Shown here piece by piece: positions 18,015 through 28,082 of a stretch of DNA of 35,721 bases. The notes below the pieces were generated by a model. It made no database searches and had not been told where the DNA came from. It saw nothing but the letters and a program-made list of their open reading frames with translations. The DNA comes from Actinomycetales bacterium (GTDB lineage Bacteria > Actinomycetota > Actinomycetes > Actinomycetales > CAVURS01): assembly GCA_045807245.1 (NCBI GenBank), contig JBJMHS010000063.1, forward strand, positions 1 through 35,721, written 5' to 3'. Numbering within the stretch: position 1 is the first letter of the stretch; each line of letters opens with the position of its first letter. The position numbers were made by a program, and so were the translations under genes.

Positions 18015-18473
18015 CTACAGCCGGGCGGACGCCGCGGTGCTGAGCCGGTGCGTTGTGCTGAGGCGTAGGTACATCGCCGCAGCCGCTATCGCGGCGACTG
18101 CCTCGGCCACAGCGCTGATCGCCTTCTCCGCCGGCGCCCAGTACGGGTCGTACATGTTGGGGATCGGTCCGATCGCGCCTACGTCGACGTACCGGTAGAG
18201 CACCACGGCGACCGTGCCGGCCGCTGCAACGAGGAAGGCCAAGAGCACGGTGGAGCGGCGGGGCCGGACCAGCACGAGCACCGCCGCGATGATCGCCAGC
18301 ACGGCGTCTACGCGGAAGAGGTCGGCCTGGCTCAAGGTGCTGGTCTTCACCTGTGCGAAGTCTGAGGCCAGGTGGAAGTGGACGAAGGCGTCCACGGCCA
18401 GCCCGGCGGCGACGATGACCGACAGGGCACGCTCGGTGGTCGACACACCCCCAGTAGTCATCGCAAACCACAT
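18015..18473 (-). CDS. Hypothetical integral membrane protein (about 4 TM)
   Basis: Four hydrophobic segments; LYRYVDVGAIGPIPNMYDPYW loop. Confidence 0.8.
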   Translation of the reverse strand: MWFAMTTGGVSTTERALSVIVAAGLAVDAFVHFHLASDFAQVKTSTLSQADLFRVDAVLAIIAAVLVLVRPRRSTVLLAFLVAAAGTVAVVLYRYVDVGAIGPIPNMYDPYWAPAEKAISAVAEAVAAIAAAAMYLRLSTTHRLSTAASARL

Positions 18474-18597
18474 CCTTCCGGTCCGTATAGGGCACCTGTG
18501 TGCTGGCCCACTGCTCTAGGTACGCACGTTGCCCCGTCCCGGTTCAAGGAGACGAACGCCCGGGCCGCGCGACCCCGCAAGGGTGGACACTGCCACG

Positions 18598-18894
18598 ATG
18601 TGGCTCGGAGCGCTCCTTGCGGTCGTCGTACTGGGCTTCCCGCTCGTCTTCGTCGTAGGGCTGGTGCACGGCATCAACCGGATGACCGGGATCGGCGTCA
18701 AGCGCGGGCCTCATCCCTCCATGACTGCCGGCCCGGCCGAGGATTCGCGCGACCAGGTCGACCTCGGCTCGGCTGAGCGGATCGACATCGGCGGCAGCAA
18801 CGTCCCGCGGATGCGACCGTTCGTCAGCACGTGCATCGTCCTGGTCCTGGTGCTCTTGGCGATCGGGCTCGCCCTGGGGTTGGCGTCGCAGTAG
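18598..18894 (+). CDS. Small hypothetical membrane protein (2 TM)
   Basis: Hydrophobic N- and C-terminal segments; GACACT-N6-ATG. Confidence 0.6.
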   Translation: MWLGALLAVVVLGFPLVFVVGLVHGINRMTGIGVKRGPHPSMTAGPAEDSRDQVDLGSAERIDIGGSNVPRMRPFVSTCIVLVLVLLAIGLALGLASQ

Positions 18895-18973
18895 GACCGG
18901 GTGAACAGCGGCCGACGTATCGTGGCGCCGGCCCGGGTCCTCCTGTCATCCTCGGGGTCAACGCGAGGAGGTG

Positions 18974-19675
18974 ATGGCATTGGCGCCACAGCGCGGCTTC
19001 CAGCCATCGTCGGACGGGTTCGCCTTCGCCAACTCATGGCCGCCCGAGCCCGCCATCTCGATGGCGACCGCGTTCGGCGACATCGACATCGGCAACGCCA
19101 AGGACGGACTGTGCGGCGGCATGGTCTTCGCAGTCCTCGACTACTGGTACGCCGGTCTTACCCCGCCGACCGAGCAGCCGCAGCCGAAGACACCGCTCTA
19201 CAAGTTCCTGGTCCGCCGGATCATCGACTCGTGGCACGTGCCGGTCGGAGTCGCGCAGTACTTCACCTGGATGAACCTGCCCGACGGTGACGTGGGCTTC
19301 AGTGCCTTCGGTCGCAAGGTCGTCGTCGAGCACGGCGTCTCCGGTCGCACGATCACGCAGCAGTGGCCGGCCATCCGCAAGGATCTCGACCGTGGAATCC
19401 CTTCTGCTCTAGGGCTGGTCACCGTCGAGTCGCGCAACCCCGCGGACCTCGGGATGAACCACCAGGTGCTCGCCTACGGGTACAACGTGGACGGCAAGCA
19501 GGTCACGATCCAGGTGTACGACCCCAACAGCGGGCAGGACGACGGCGTCACGATCTCGTTCGACACCTCCCAGCCGACCAAGGCGACGACCTTCAAGCAC
19601 AACATCGACATCGGCCACCCGGTGCGCGGGTTCTTCCGCACGGCCTACAGCCCGGCCGTTCCGCCGGCGCCCTGA
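18974..19675 (+). CDS. Hypothetical protein, putative papain-fold cysteine enzyme
   Basis: GLCGGM...NHQVLAYGY...VYDPN (Cys-His-Asp order); AGGAGGT RBS. Confidence 0.7.
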   Translation: MALAPQRGFQPSSDGFAFANSWPPEPAISMATAFGDIDIGNAKDGLCGGMVFAVLDYWYAGLTPPTEQPQPKTPLYKFLVRRIIDSWHVPVGVAQYFTWMNLPDGDVGFSAFGRKVVVEHGVSGRTITQQWPAIRKDLDRGIPSALGLVTVESRNPADLGMNHQVLAYGYNVDGKQVTIQVYDPNSGQDDGVTISFDTSQPTKATTFKHNIDIGHPVRGFFRTAYSPAVPPAP

Positions 19676-19687
19676 CCAGCCGCTGAG

Positions 19688-20032
19688 TCAGAAGCCCGAC
19701 GCTACGAGATAGACGGCCAGGGCCAGAGCCACCACCACCACGCTGGCGATCAGCAAGGGCAGGGCCCGGGTTGCCGGTAGCGGTTCGCCCGCGCGCATCG
19801 CGGCGTCGCGCTGGCGCCAGGTGACGAAGGCGCTGGCCCCGATCCAGGCGCCGAGCAGGCAGATGGCCGCCGACGCGAAGTCGACGATGCGGGGGAGCCC
19901 GGCCACGCGGGCCAGGGAGGTCAGCCCGACACCACCCGCGAGGAGCGTGAGCGACGTCCGCACCCAGGCCAGCGCCGTCCGCTCGTTGGCCATCGCCCAC
20001 CGGGGGTCTGGATCGTTCACGCGCTCATTCAA
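19688..20032 (-). CDS. YidH/DUF202-family membrane protein
   Basis: DPRWAMANERTALAWVRTSL plus 3 TM; TTG overlaps the peptidase stop (alternative GTG 20020). Confidence 0.88.
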   Translation of the reverse strand: MNERVNDPDPRWAMANERTALAWVRTSLTLLAGGVGLTSLARVAGLPRIVDFASAAICLLGAWIGASAFVTWRQRDAAMRAGEPLPATRALPLLIASVVVVALALAVYLVASGF

Positions 20033-22140
20033 CCGCCCAGACCGAGACGGCCCAGCACGTAGGCCTGGACCTCCGCCTCGTACCTCAGATGCCCGTACCG
20101 GCCGGCCGGCCCGACATGTGCCCCCGCCCCGAGCTCGACCCGGAACAGCAGCTCCTCGGTGGCTTCGGGCCCAGCCGTGGCCCGCAGCCTGGCAACCCAC
20201 TTGGCGGGCTCGTGGACCAGGACACGCGGGTCGTGGACGCTGCCGGTCACGAGCATCGGCGGCCGATAGCCGGGCGGGGGGTTCTCGTACGGCGCGTACG
20301 CCATGAGCCAGCCGAACTCGTCCGGCCGGCGCGGGTCGCCCCACTCGTCCCACTCGATGACCGTCAGCGGGATCGTCTCGTCGAGCATCGACCCGACACA
20401 GTCGACGAACGGCACCTCGGCCACCACCGCGGCCCACCGATGCGGGGCCAGACCCATGGCCACCCCCTGCAGCAGGCCACCCGCTGACCGGCCGCGCGTC
20501 ACGATCCGGTCGCCGTCCACGATTCCGTCCGCAAGGGTGTCGGCAACAGCGACGTAGTCCGTGAAAGTGTTCTGCTTCGTCCCCCGGTGGCCGTCCACCC
20601 ACCATCCTCGACCGCGCTCGCCACCGCCCCGGACGTGGGCCACGGCGTAGACGACACCGCGGTCGAGCAGGCTCAGCAGCGAAGCGTCGAACCACGGCCA
20701 GTCACACGACTCGTAGGAGCCGTAGCCCCAGAGCAGGCACGGCGCCGTACCGTCAAGAGGAGTATCCACCCGCCGGGCCAGGCTGACCGGCACCTTCTCG
20801 CCGTCCGGGGCCGTGGCCCAGATCCGTTCTGTCACATACCTTTCCGGCTCGTACGTCGGCACCTCGAGTCGCTTCACCAGCCGCCGCTCGCCGCTGTCGA
20901 GGTCCACGTCGTACCACTCGGGCGGCTGCACGATGGACTCCGTGCGGATGCGGACGACCGTCGCCGTGGGGTCCGCGTTCCGCGCCAGAGCGACCTGGCC
21001 CGTTGCCGGCGGTTCGATGACGTGGCTCCCGCCCGTCGTCAGGTCGACGATATGCAGGAACGGCATGGCGTCCCGGCGTCCGCCGCTCACGGCATGGTGG
21101 CCGATGACGGTGACCGACTCCCAGCGGGTCGCGGGGTCAGCCGCCAGCAGATCGACCGGCGTCCCACCTGGTGCATCGAGCGGCACGCGAACGACACGGA
21201 ACTCGGGAGCTCCCTCGTTGGTGAGGACCACCAGCTCGGACCGGCCGCTCGTCGAGACGGCTGCGGAGATGTGGTCGACGGCGTACTCGATGGCTTTGCG
21301 GCGCGGCCAGACGACGGTCGGGGTCGCGTGGGGGCGGTCGGCCGGGAGCCACGAGACCTCAGTGGTGTCGCGGCTCTCGGCGGTGATGAGCACGAGCGCG
21401 CCGTCCCGGGTCGCCTCCACCAGGAGCTCGAACCGCGCGTCCGGCTCCTCGACCACCAGCTCGGTCCGTACGGCGGCTTCCTCCCCGATCGTGTGCCGCC
21501 AGATCTGGAACGGCCGGTTCGTCGCGTCGATGACCGGGAAGAACAGTGCGTCCGACCCGGCCGACCAGGCGCACGTGTAGTAGCTGTCGACCGCGATGGC
21601 TTCGCTGTCCTCGCCGCTCGCCAGGTCACGGATCCGCAGCGTGAAACGCTCGTCTCCGTTCGTGTCCGCCGACCAGGCGAGCAGCCGCCCGTCGGGACTC
21701 GGCTCGCACACACCCAAAGCGACGTAGTCGTGGCCTTCGGCGACCTCGTTGACGTCCAGCAGCACCCGTTCGTCCCGGGTGGAGGAACTGTCGTCAGCAG
21801 GACCTGAGGCCGGAAGATCACAATCTGACATGCAGAACAGGTCGTACTCCTTCCCGGCAACGGTCCTCGTGTAGTAGACAGGGCCACCACGAGACCAACT
21901 GACTGACGAGTCAGCCGGTAGCGTCCGAGCCGACATCTCGGAGAAGAGCCTGTTGTGGAGCGGCCGTGAGCGAGCAGTCCGGGCGTCGTAGTAGCGGCGT
22001 TCTGCAGCCAGGTACTCGTGCAGCTCCGGCGCGTCGCGGTCCCGCATCCACGCGTAGTCATCGACCCGCTCGACCCCGTGCAACGTCGTGCGCACCGGGT
22101 GTCGGGCCGCCACGGGAGGTTGCTGTGCTTCGACGTCCAC
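20029..22140 (-). CDS. ptrB: S9 prolyl oligopeptidase family, oligopeptidase B-like
   Basis: DDYAWMRD, HVRGGGE, GRSAGG nucleophile, EVPFVD, EWDEWGDP, HDPRV, GAH; start GTG 22140. Confidence 0.9.
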   Translation of the reverse strand: MDVEAQQPPVAARHPVRTTLHGVERVDDYAWMRDRDAPELHEYLAAERRYYDARTARSRPLHNRLFSEMSARTLPADSSVSWSRGGPVYYTRTVAGKEYDLFCMSDCDLPASGPADDSSSTRDERVLLDVNEVAEGHDYVALGVCEPSPDGRLLAWSADTNGDERFTLRIRDLASGEDSEAIAVDSYYTCAWSAGSDALFFPVIDATNRPFQIWRHTIGEEAAVRTELVVEEPDARFELLVEATRDGALVLITAESRDTTEVSWLPADRPHATPTVVWPRRKAIEYAVDHISAAVSTSGRSELVVLTNEGAPEFRVVRVPLDAPGGTPVDLLAADPATRWESVTVIGHHAVSGGRRDAMPFLHIVDLTTGGSHVIEPPATGQVALARNADPTATVVRIRTESIVQPPEWYDVDLDSGERRLVKRLEVPTYEPERYVTERIWATAPDGEKVPVSLARRVDTPLDGTAPCLLWGYGSYESCDWPWFDASLLSLLDRGVVYAVAHVRGGGERGRGWWVDGHRGTKQNTFTDYVAVADTLADGIVDGDRIVTRGRSAGGLLQGVAMGLAPHRWAAVVAEVPFVDCVGSMLDETIPLTVIEWDEWGDPRRPDEFGWLMAYAPYENPPPGYRPPMLVTGSVHDPRVLVHEPAKWVARLRATAGPEATEELLFRVELGAGAHVGPAGRYGHLRYEAEVQAYVLGRLGLGG

Positions 22141-22165
22141 CCGCGGAACGTAGCGCAGGCCTCCC

Positions 22166-24073
22166 ATGAGCGGGCGGCCCCGGAGAACGGCTCGGCTCGT
22201 CGCTGCGGGCCTCGTGACGCTGTCGGTCGCCGGCCTGTATCTGGGCGGCGCGGCGGAGGCCGACGAGACGCCGAGCAGCACCGCGACGGCGAGCGCCAGT
22301 GCAACCGAACCGGCGCACACCAAGACCACGTTCACGATCGGCCAGACGCAGGACATCGACTCGACCAACCCGTTCACCGGCATCACGGTCGCCGCCTACG
22401 AGATCTACCAGCTGATCTACGACACGCTGAACGGCTACGCGCTCAAGGACTTCACGACGACTGGTGGCCTGGCCCAGACGTGGACGCCCTCCGCCGACGG
22501 GCTGACCTGGACCTACAAGCTCAAGCCCAACCTCAAGTGGTCCGACGGCCAGCCGCTCACGGCTTCGGACGTCGCCTACACGATCAACCGGGTCCGCAAC
22601 GGTTCGTACGAGCAGACGAACTGGGGCAACTACGTCGCGAACATCACCGGTGCGACGGCTTCCGACCCGACCACCGTTGTCATGACGGTCAAGAAGCCGA
22701 CGCCGATCATGTACCACGTCTCGGTGCCTATCCTGCCCGAGCACATCTGGAGCTCGATCAACGAGAAGGCCGTCTCCAACTTCGCGAACGAGCCCAGCGA
22801 CGCCAAGCCCGTCGTCGGGTCCGGACCGTTCGTGCTGACCCAGGTGGTCAAGGGCCAGTTCGTCCGTCTGGACCGCAACCCCAGCTACTGGGGCACACCG
22901 CCCAAGATCGACCACCTGGTCTTCCGCATCTTCAACAGCCAGGACTCGATGGCCCAGGCGCTCAAGCGCGGTGAGATCGACTATGCGGACAACCTCAACG
23001 CGAACATCTTCAACTCGCTGAAGAACACTCCCGGCGTCACGACGGTGGACGCTGTCTATCCCGCCTTCGACGAGATCGGCATGAACACGGGGGCAGCCCT
23101 GGATGACGGCACGCCGATCGGCAACGGCCACCCGGCGCTCAAGGACAAGGTGGTCCGTCAGGCGATCAACTACGCGATCGACCGGAAGACGTTGGTGGAC
23201 AAGGTATTCGGTGGCTACGCCAGCCCGGGTACGTCGATCATCCCGCCCGTCTACGCCAACCTCCACTACGACCCAGGGCCCGCGGCGTACACGTTCGACC
23301 TCGTCAAGGCCAACCAGCTGCTGGACCAGGCGGGCTACACCAAGGGGAGTGACGGGATCCGGCGGATGCCCGGCAACGGCAAGCCGCTCGTCTTCCGGCT
23401 CTACGGCCGGACCAGCTCGGACACGAGCCAGCACACCGTGCCGTACGTCGCGGGGTGGCTGCAGCAGATCGGCATCAAGGCCAACGTCAAACTCGTGTCC
23501 GAGGACAACCTGACTGACATCCTCGGCAAGGGCACCTACGACCTGTTCGAGTGGGGCTGGGGGGTGGAGCCCGACCCGGACTACCAGCTGTCGACGTTCA
23601 CCTGTGCGAGCCGTTCGTACAAGGACAGCGGCTCCATCTACGCCAACCTCTCGGACTCGTTCTACTGCAACAAGGCGTACGACGACCTCTACGCCAAGCA
23701 GGCTGGCGAGATCGACGTCGCTCAGCGGACCGCCACGGTCAAGCAGATGCAGCAGATGCTCTACGAGGACGCGCCGTATGCCCTGACCGCCTTCTACGAC
23801 GACCTCGAGGCCTACCGGTCCGACCGGTGGACCAACCTCACCTCGCAGCCGGCCAAGGACACGGCGACGGGCAAGCCTGGCACGCTGTTCTTCCAGTACG
23901 GCGTCTACTCCTACGTGTCGGCCACGCCGGCGTCCAAGAAGGCGAACCAGTCCGGCGACCAGGGCCCGGGCGTCGCGGTGCTGGGTGGCGTCGTGGGTGG
24001 CGTCGTGCTGCTCAGCCTCGTGGTCTGGGGCATCGTCCGGCTCCGGCGCTCGCCGCGCGAGGACATCGAGTAG
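22166..24073 (+). CDS. Peptide/nickel ABC transporter substrate-binding protein (family 5)
   Basis: SADGLTWTYKLKPNLKWSDGQPLTASDVAYT, VGSGPF, VRQAINYAIDR; N-terminal signal and C-terminal TM. Confidence 0.93.
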   Translation: MSGRPRRTARLVAAGLVTLSVAGLYLGGAAEADETPSSTATASASATEPAHTKTTFTIGQTQDIDSTNPFTGITVAAYEIYQLIYDTLNGYALKDFTTTGGLAQTWTPSADGLTWTYKLKPNLKWSDGQPLTASDVAYTINRVRNGSYEQTNWGNYVANITGATASDPTTVVMTVKKPTPIMYHVSVPILPEHIWSSINEKAVSNFANEPSDAKPVVGSGPFVLTQVVKGQFVRLDRNPSYWGTPPKIDHLVFRIFNSQDSMAQALKRGEIDYADNLNANIFNSLKNTPGVTTVDAVYPAFDEIGMNTGAALDDGTPIGNGHPALKDKVVRQAINYAIDRKTLVDKVFGGYASPGTSIIPPVYANLHYDPGPAAYTFDLVKANQLLDQAGYTKGSDGIRRMPGNGKPLVFRLYGRTSSDTSQHTVPYVAGWLQQIGIKANVKLVSEDNLTDILGKGTYDLFEWGWGVEPDPDYQLSTFTCASRSYKDSGSIYANLSDSFYCNKAYDDLYAKQAGEIDVAQRTATVKQMQQMLYEDAPYALTAFYDDLEAYRSDRWTNLTSQPAKDTATGKPGTLFFQYGVYSYVSATPASKKANQSGDQGPGVAVLGGVVGGVVLLSLVVWGIVRLRRSPREDIE

Positions 24074-24088
24074 TCGAGACCCGCGTAG

Positions 24089-25132
24089 ATGAGCCTCCCG
24101 GTCGACACGTCCTCGATCGCCGCCGAGGCGCCAGTCCCGGTCGGGTCGGCGCGTCCGCGTGGTGGTCTGCTGCGGTACGCGGCGCGGCGGTTGCTGACCG
24201 CCTGCACCACGCTCATCTTCGTCATGGTGTTCAACTTCATCCTGTTCCGGCTCATGCCCGGCGACCCGGCCGCGCTCTACTTCCGCGGCCGCAACGCCTC
24301 GCAGGAGGCCGTGCACCGGATGCAGGTCGAGCTGAACGGCAACAAGTGGTCGCAGTTCGTCAACTACATCAAGAACCCGTTCTCCACGGACTTCCGCTCG
24401 GCCCAGTTCTCCCGACCGGTGTGGGACGTCATCGGCGACCGGGTGTGGGCCACCCTGCTGCTGCTCGGCGTCTCGACCATCCTCTCCACCGTCATCGGCG
24501 TGTGGATCGGCATCCGGGGCGGATGGCGGCGGGGGAGCTGGTTCGACCGGACCTCGACCGGCGTCACACTGACGCTGTACGCCATGCCGGAGTTCTGGCT
24601 GGGCATGCTGCTGCTCATCGTGCTGTCGACCGGCGTCGGTGCCATGAAAGGCATCTTCCCGAGTGGCGGGATCATCTCGCCGGGGGTCGAACAGTGGTCC
24701 TTGAACGGCATTGCCAACACCGCCTGGCACATGGCCCTGCCGGTGGCCACGCTGACGTTGGTCTACCTGGCGGAGTACAGCCTGGTCATGCGGGCGTCCC
24801 TGATCGAGGAGTCCGGTCAGGACTATCTGCGTACGGCGCGGGCCAAGGGCCTGATGGACCGGCTGGTGCTGCGCCGGCACGCCGTACCGAACGCATTGCT
24901 GCCCACCATCACCCTGGTGTTCCTCAACATCGGCTTCATCGTGTCCGGCGCCATCACCGTCGAGACGGTCTTCTCCTGGCCGGGTCTCGGGCTCTTGTCG
25001 TACGAGGCGATCCGCGGTCCTGACGTCGCGTTGCTCCAGGCGATATTCCTGTTGTTCTCCATCACCGTCGTCGTCGCGAACGCCGTGGCCGACGTGATCG
25101 TCGCTGCCCTGGACCCGAGGGTCCGGATATGA
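24089..25132 (+). CDS. Peptide ABC transporter permease (OppB/DppB-like)
   Basis: MPGDPA, DYLRTARAKGL, VETVFSWPGLG, DPRVR. Confidence 0.95.
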   Translation: MSLPVDTSSIAAEAPVPVGSARPRGGLLRYAARRLLTACTTLIFVMVFNFILFRLMPGDPAALYFRGRNASQEAVHRMQVELNGNKWSQFVNYIKNPFSTDFRSAQFSRPVWDVIGDRVWATLLLLGVSTILSTVIGVWIGIRGGWRRGSWFDRTSTGVTLTLYAMPEFWLGMLLLIVLSTGVGAMKGIFPSGGIISPGVEQWSLNGIANTAWHMALPVATLTLVYLAEYSLVMRASLIEESGQDYLRTARAKGLMDRLVLRRHAVPNALLPTITLVFLNIGFIVSGAITVETVFSWPGLGLLSYEAIRGPDVALLQAIFLLFSITVVVANAVADVIVAALDPRVRI

Positions 25133-26055
25133 CGGCCGTCAGCGAGGCTCCGAGCGTTCCGAGCGGCTCGCTCGGGCGGGCCCGACGCAAGGCCGCGCGG
25201 CGGCGCTTCTATCGGGCGTTCATGGCCCAGCGAGCTGGGGTCGCAGGGGTCGTCGTCCTGCTGGTCATCGCTGCGCTGGCCCTGCTCGCGCCGGTGCTGT
25301 TCTCCAGCGACGGGCTCGACGTCACCAAGGCGACGGGTGGTGTCCTGAAACCGCCCTCCGCGTCGTTCCCGCTCGGCACCGACGAGAGCGGCCGGTCCGT
25401 GCTGGCCCTCGTCGTCTGGGGCGCCCGCATCTCGCTCGTCGTGGGGATCGCGGCCACAGTCATCTCGATCGTGCTCGGGTCCTTGGTCGGCATCGCGTCC
25501 GGGCACTACACGAACCTGTTCGGCGCGTTTCTCGAGCGCCTGACCGACTGGTTCCTGGTCATCCCGTTCCTGCCCCTGGCCATCGTCGTCTCGACGTTGC
25601 TGCCCTGGCAGTCGATCTTCAACATCATCCTGGTCATCGGCGTCACGTCCTGGCCCGCCACGGCACGGCTGGTGCGCGCCCAGACGTTGTCCATCGAGGG
25701 CCGTCCGTACCTGGAACGAGCCCGGGTGCTCGGCGGCGGCAACTGGCACCAGATCACCAAGCACGTGCTGCCGAACGTGACCCCGCTGATCCTGGCCAAC
25801 ACGACGCTGACCGTCGCAGTGGCGATCCTGTCCGAGACGACCCTGACCTTCCTCGGGTTGGGTGGGTTCGCTCCCAAGGACGTCAGCTGGGGCACGATGC
25901 TGGAGAACGCCTTCCAGAGCGGCGCCATCACGACGGGCGCATGGTGGTACCTGCTGCCGCCCGGCGCGTGCGTCGTGATCGTCGTGCTCTCCTTCACGCT
26001 CGTGGGCCGCGCGCTCGAAGCGATCGTCGACCCGCACCTCTCGACGGCGGCCTGA
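25129..26055 (+). CDS. Peptide ABC transporter permease (OppC/DppC-like)
   Basis: PLGTDESGRSV, GARISL, HVLPNV, SWGTML. Confidence 0.95.
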   Translation: MTAVSEAPSVPSGSLGRARRKAARRRFYRAFMAQRAGVAGVVVLLVIAALALLAPVLFSSDGLDVTKATGGVLKPPSASFPLGTDESGRSVLALVVWGARISLVVGIAATVISIVLGSLVGIASGHYTNLFGAFLERLTDWFLVIPFLPLAIVVSTLLPWQSIFNIILVIGVTSWPATARLVRAQTLSIEGRPYLERARVLGGGNWHQITKHVLPNVTPLILANTTLTVAVAILSETTLTFLGLGGFAPKDVSWGTMLENAFQSGAITTGAWWYLLPPGACVVIVVLSFTLVGRALEAIVDPHLSTAA

Positions 26056-26059
26056 GCCC

Positions 26060-27049
26060 GTGACTCTCCTCCAGATCCGGGACCTCGCCGTCACGTACCG
26101 GACGCAGGAGGGGCCTGTGCCCGCGGTGCGGGGCGTGACCTTGGACGTGGAGCAGGGTGAGACCGTCGGGCTGGCCGGCGAGTCCGGCTGCGGCAAGTCG
26201 ACGGTCGCGTCCACGATCCTGCGGCTCACGCCGGCTTCGGCCACGGTCAGCGGTGAGGTGCTGCTCAACGGCCGCGACGTGCTGGCGATGAGCTTCGGCG
26301 AGCTGCGGGCCGTGCGGTGGAAGGCCGCGTCCATCGTCTTCCAGGGCGCGCTGCACTCGCTCAACCCGGTGCAGAAGGTCGGGCGGCAGATCTCGGAGCC
26401 GATCCTGTTGCACGACTCGTCCGCCAGCCGGGCCACTGCCTCCGCCCGGGTCGGCGAGCTGCTCGACCAGGTCGGCCTGCCCGCGCGGCTCGCTGCGTCG
26501 TACCCGCATCAGCTCTCGGGCGGCCAGAAGCAGCGCGTCATGATCGCCATGGCGCTGGCCTGCCGGCCCCAGCTGGTGGTCGCCGACGAGCCGACCACAG
26601 CGCTCGACGTCATGGTCCAGGCGCAGGTGCTCGACCTGTTGACGGGGCTGGTCGCCCAGTCGGGTGTGGGCGTCCTCATGATCAGCCACGACCTGTCGGT
26701 GCTCGGCTCGAACTGTGACCGGGTCGCGGTGATGTACGCCGGCCGCATCGTCGAGGAGGGGCCGGCCCGCCCGGTCTTCGAACAGCCGATCCATCCGTAC
26801 ACTCGCGCGCTGTCCGATGCGTTCCCGACCATCGGCGACCGGGCTTCGCGGTTCGCCCCGCGCGGGCTGCCCGGCGACCCGCCGTTCGCAACCGACCTGC
26901 CCAGCGGGTGCCCGTTCCACCCGCGGTGCCCGATCGCGGTCGACGACTGTCGACGCATCGACGTCCGGCTCGAGCGCGTCGCGCCCGGGCGGGTGGCGGC
27001 GTGCCTGCGGGCCGAGGAGGCCGTCGTTGCCGAAGTGGGCCGGCGATGA
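26060..27049 (+). CDS. Peptide ABC transporter ATP-binding protein (OppD-like)
   Basis: GESGCGKS, LSGGQKQR, DEPTTALD, C-terminal GCPFHPRC. Confidence 0.95.
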   Translation: MTLLQIRDLAVTYRTQEGPVPAVRGVTLDVEQGETVGLAGESGCGKSTVASTILRLTPASATVSGEVLLNGRDVLAMSFGELRAVRWKAASIVFQGALHSLNPVQKVGRQISEPILLHDSSASRATASARVGELLDQVGLPARLAASYPHQLSGGQKQRVMIAMALACRPQLVVADEPTTALDVMVQAQVLDLLTGLVAQSGVGVLMISHDLSVLGSNCDRVAVMYAGRIVEEGPARPVFEQPIHPYTRALSDAFPTIGDRASRFAPRGLPGDPPFATDLPSGCPFHPRCPIAVDDCRRIDVRLERVAPGRVAACLRAEEAVVAEVGRR

Positions 27050-28053
27050 GCGCCGATGTCGCGCCCATCGTCGAGGTGTCGAACCTGCACGTGACCTTCC
27101 GCACCCGTGGTGGCGGCGCGCGGGCCGTGGACGGGGTGAACCTGGCCATCGCCCCTGGCGAGATCCTGGCTCTGGCGGGGGAGTCCGGGTGCGGCAAGAC
27201 GACGCTGGCCCGGACCATCCTCGGTCTCGAGCGGCCGTCGACCGGCCAGGTGCTGTACCGCGGCCGGCCGCTGGGCTACCGGACGCGAGAGCTCAAGGCC
27301 TATCGGCGCGAGGTGCAGCTGGTGCTGCAGGACCCGACCGGGTCGCTCAACCCGCGGCACACCGTCTACGAAGCAGTGGCCGAGGGCCTGCGGGTGCACA
27401 AGGTCCCCGGCAACGAGGTGGAGAAGGTGGCCGAGGCACTCTCGCGGGCCGGGCTGAGGCCTCCTGAGCGCTATTTCTTGCGGTACCCGCACGAGCTCTC
27501 CGGCGGCCAGCGCCAGCGGGTCGTCATCGCCGGCGCCCTGGTGCTCGAACCCAAAGTGATCGTGGCCGACGAGCCCGTCTCCTCGCTCGACGCGTCGGTC
27601 CGGGGCGAGATCCTGGCCCTGCTGCTGAAGCTGCGTGAGGAGCTCGGCCTCACCATCCTCGTCGTCACCCACGACCTGGGCCTGGCCTGGAACATCGCGG
27701 ACCGGCTGGCGGTCATGTACCTGGGTCGGGTCGCCGAGATCGGGCAGACCGAGGAGGTCCTGGACGACCCGCAACACCCTTACACCCGCGCGTTGCTCTC
27801 CGTCGTCCCGGACGTGCAAGACCTCAAACCTATTGTCCTGCAGGGAGAGACGCCCGACCCCACCAAGATTCCGCCCGGGTGCCGGTTCCACCCACGATGC
27901 CCCGCGCTCGGGTCGGGAGAGGCCGCTGCTGCCGGCGTGGCCCAGGCCTGCACGACCCGTCCGCTCGACCTGCTGTCCGCCGTACGGTCGCATCAAGCGG
28001 CCTGTCACCTTTCGGCGGCAGTCGCGAGCGGGCATACTGGACACGAAAACTGA
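27046..28053 (+). CDS. Peptide ABC transporter ATP-binding protein (OppF-like)
   Basis: GESGCGKT, LSGGQRQR, DEPVSSLD, GCRFHPRC; ATG 27046 overlaps upstream TGA. Confidence 0.95.
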   Translation: MSADVAPIVEVSNLHVTFRTRGGGARAVDGVNLAIAPGEILALAGESGCGKTTLARTILGLERPSTGQVLYRGRPLGYRTRELKAYRREVQLVLQDPTGSLNPRHTVYEAVAEGLRVHKVPGNEVEKVAEALSRAGLRPPERYFLRYPHELSGGQRQRVVIAGALVLEPKVIVADEPVSSLDASVRGEILALLLKLREELGLTILVVTHDLGLAWNIADRLAVMYLGRVAEIGQTEEVLDDPQHPYTRALLSVVPDVQDLKPIVLQGETPDPTKIPPGCRFHPRCPALGSGEAAAAGVAQACTTRPLDLLSAVRSHQAACHLSAAVASGHTGHEN

Positions 28054-28082
28054 TCGGTGAGTCAGTAACGCAGGAGGTGTGA

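Noticed and set aside
17400..18473. NYN protein plus membrane protein as a toxin-antitoxin or defence pair
   Set aside because: NYN gene appears to have its own leaderless promoter, lies outside the att-bounded element, and nothing links the two beyond adjacency
22058..24880. Long antisense/alternate-frame ORFs (940 aa here; also 30485-33076, 5549-7396, 15605-17284, 2930-4582)
   Set aside because: Shadow ORFs typical of high-GC DNA opposite well-supported genes, with no recognisable motifs
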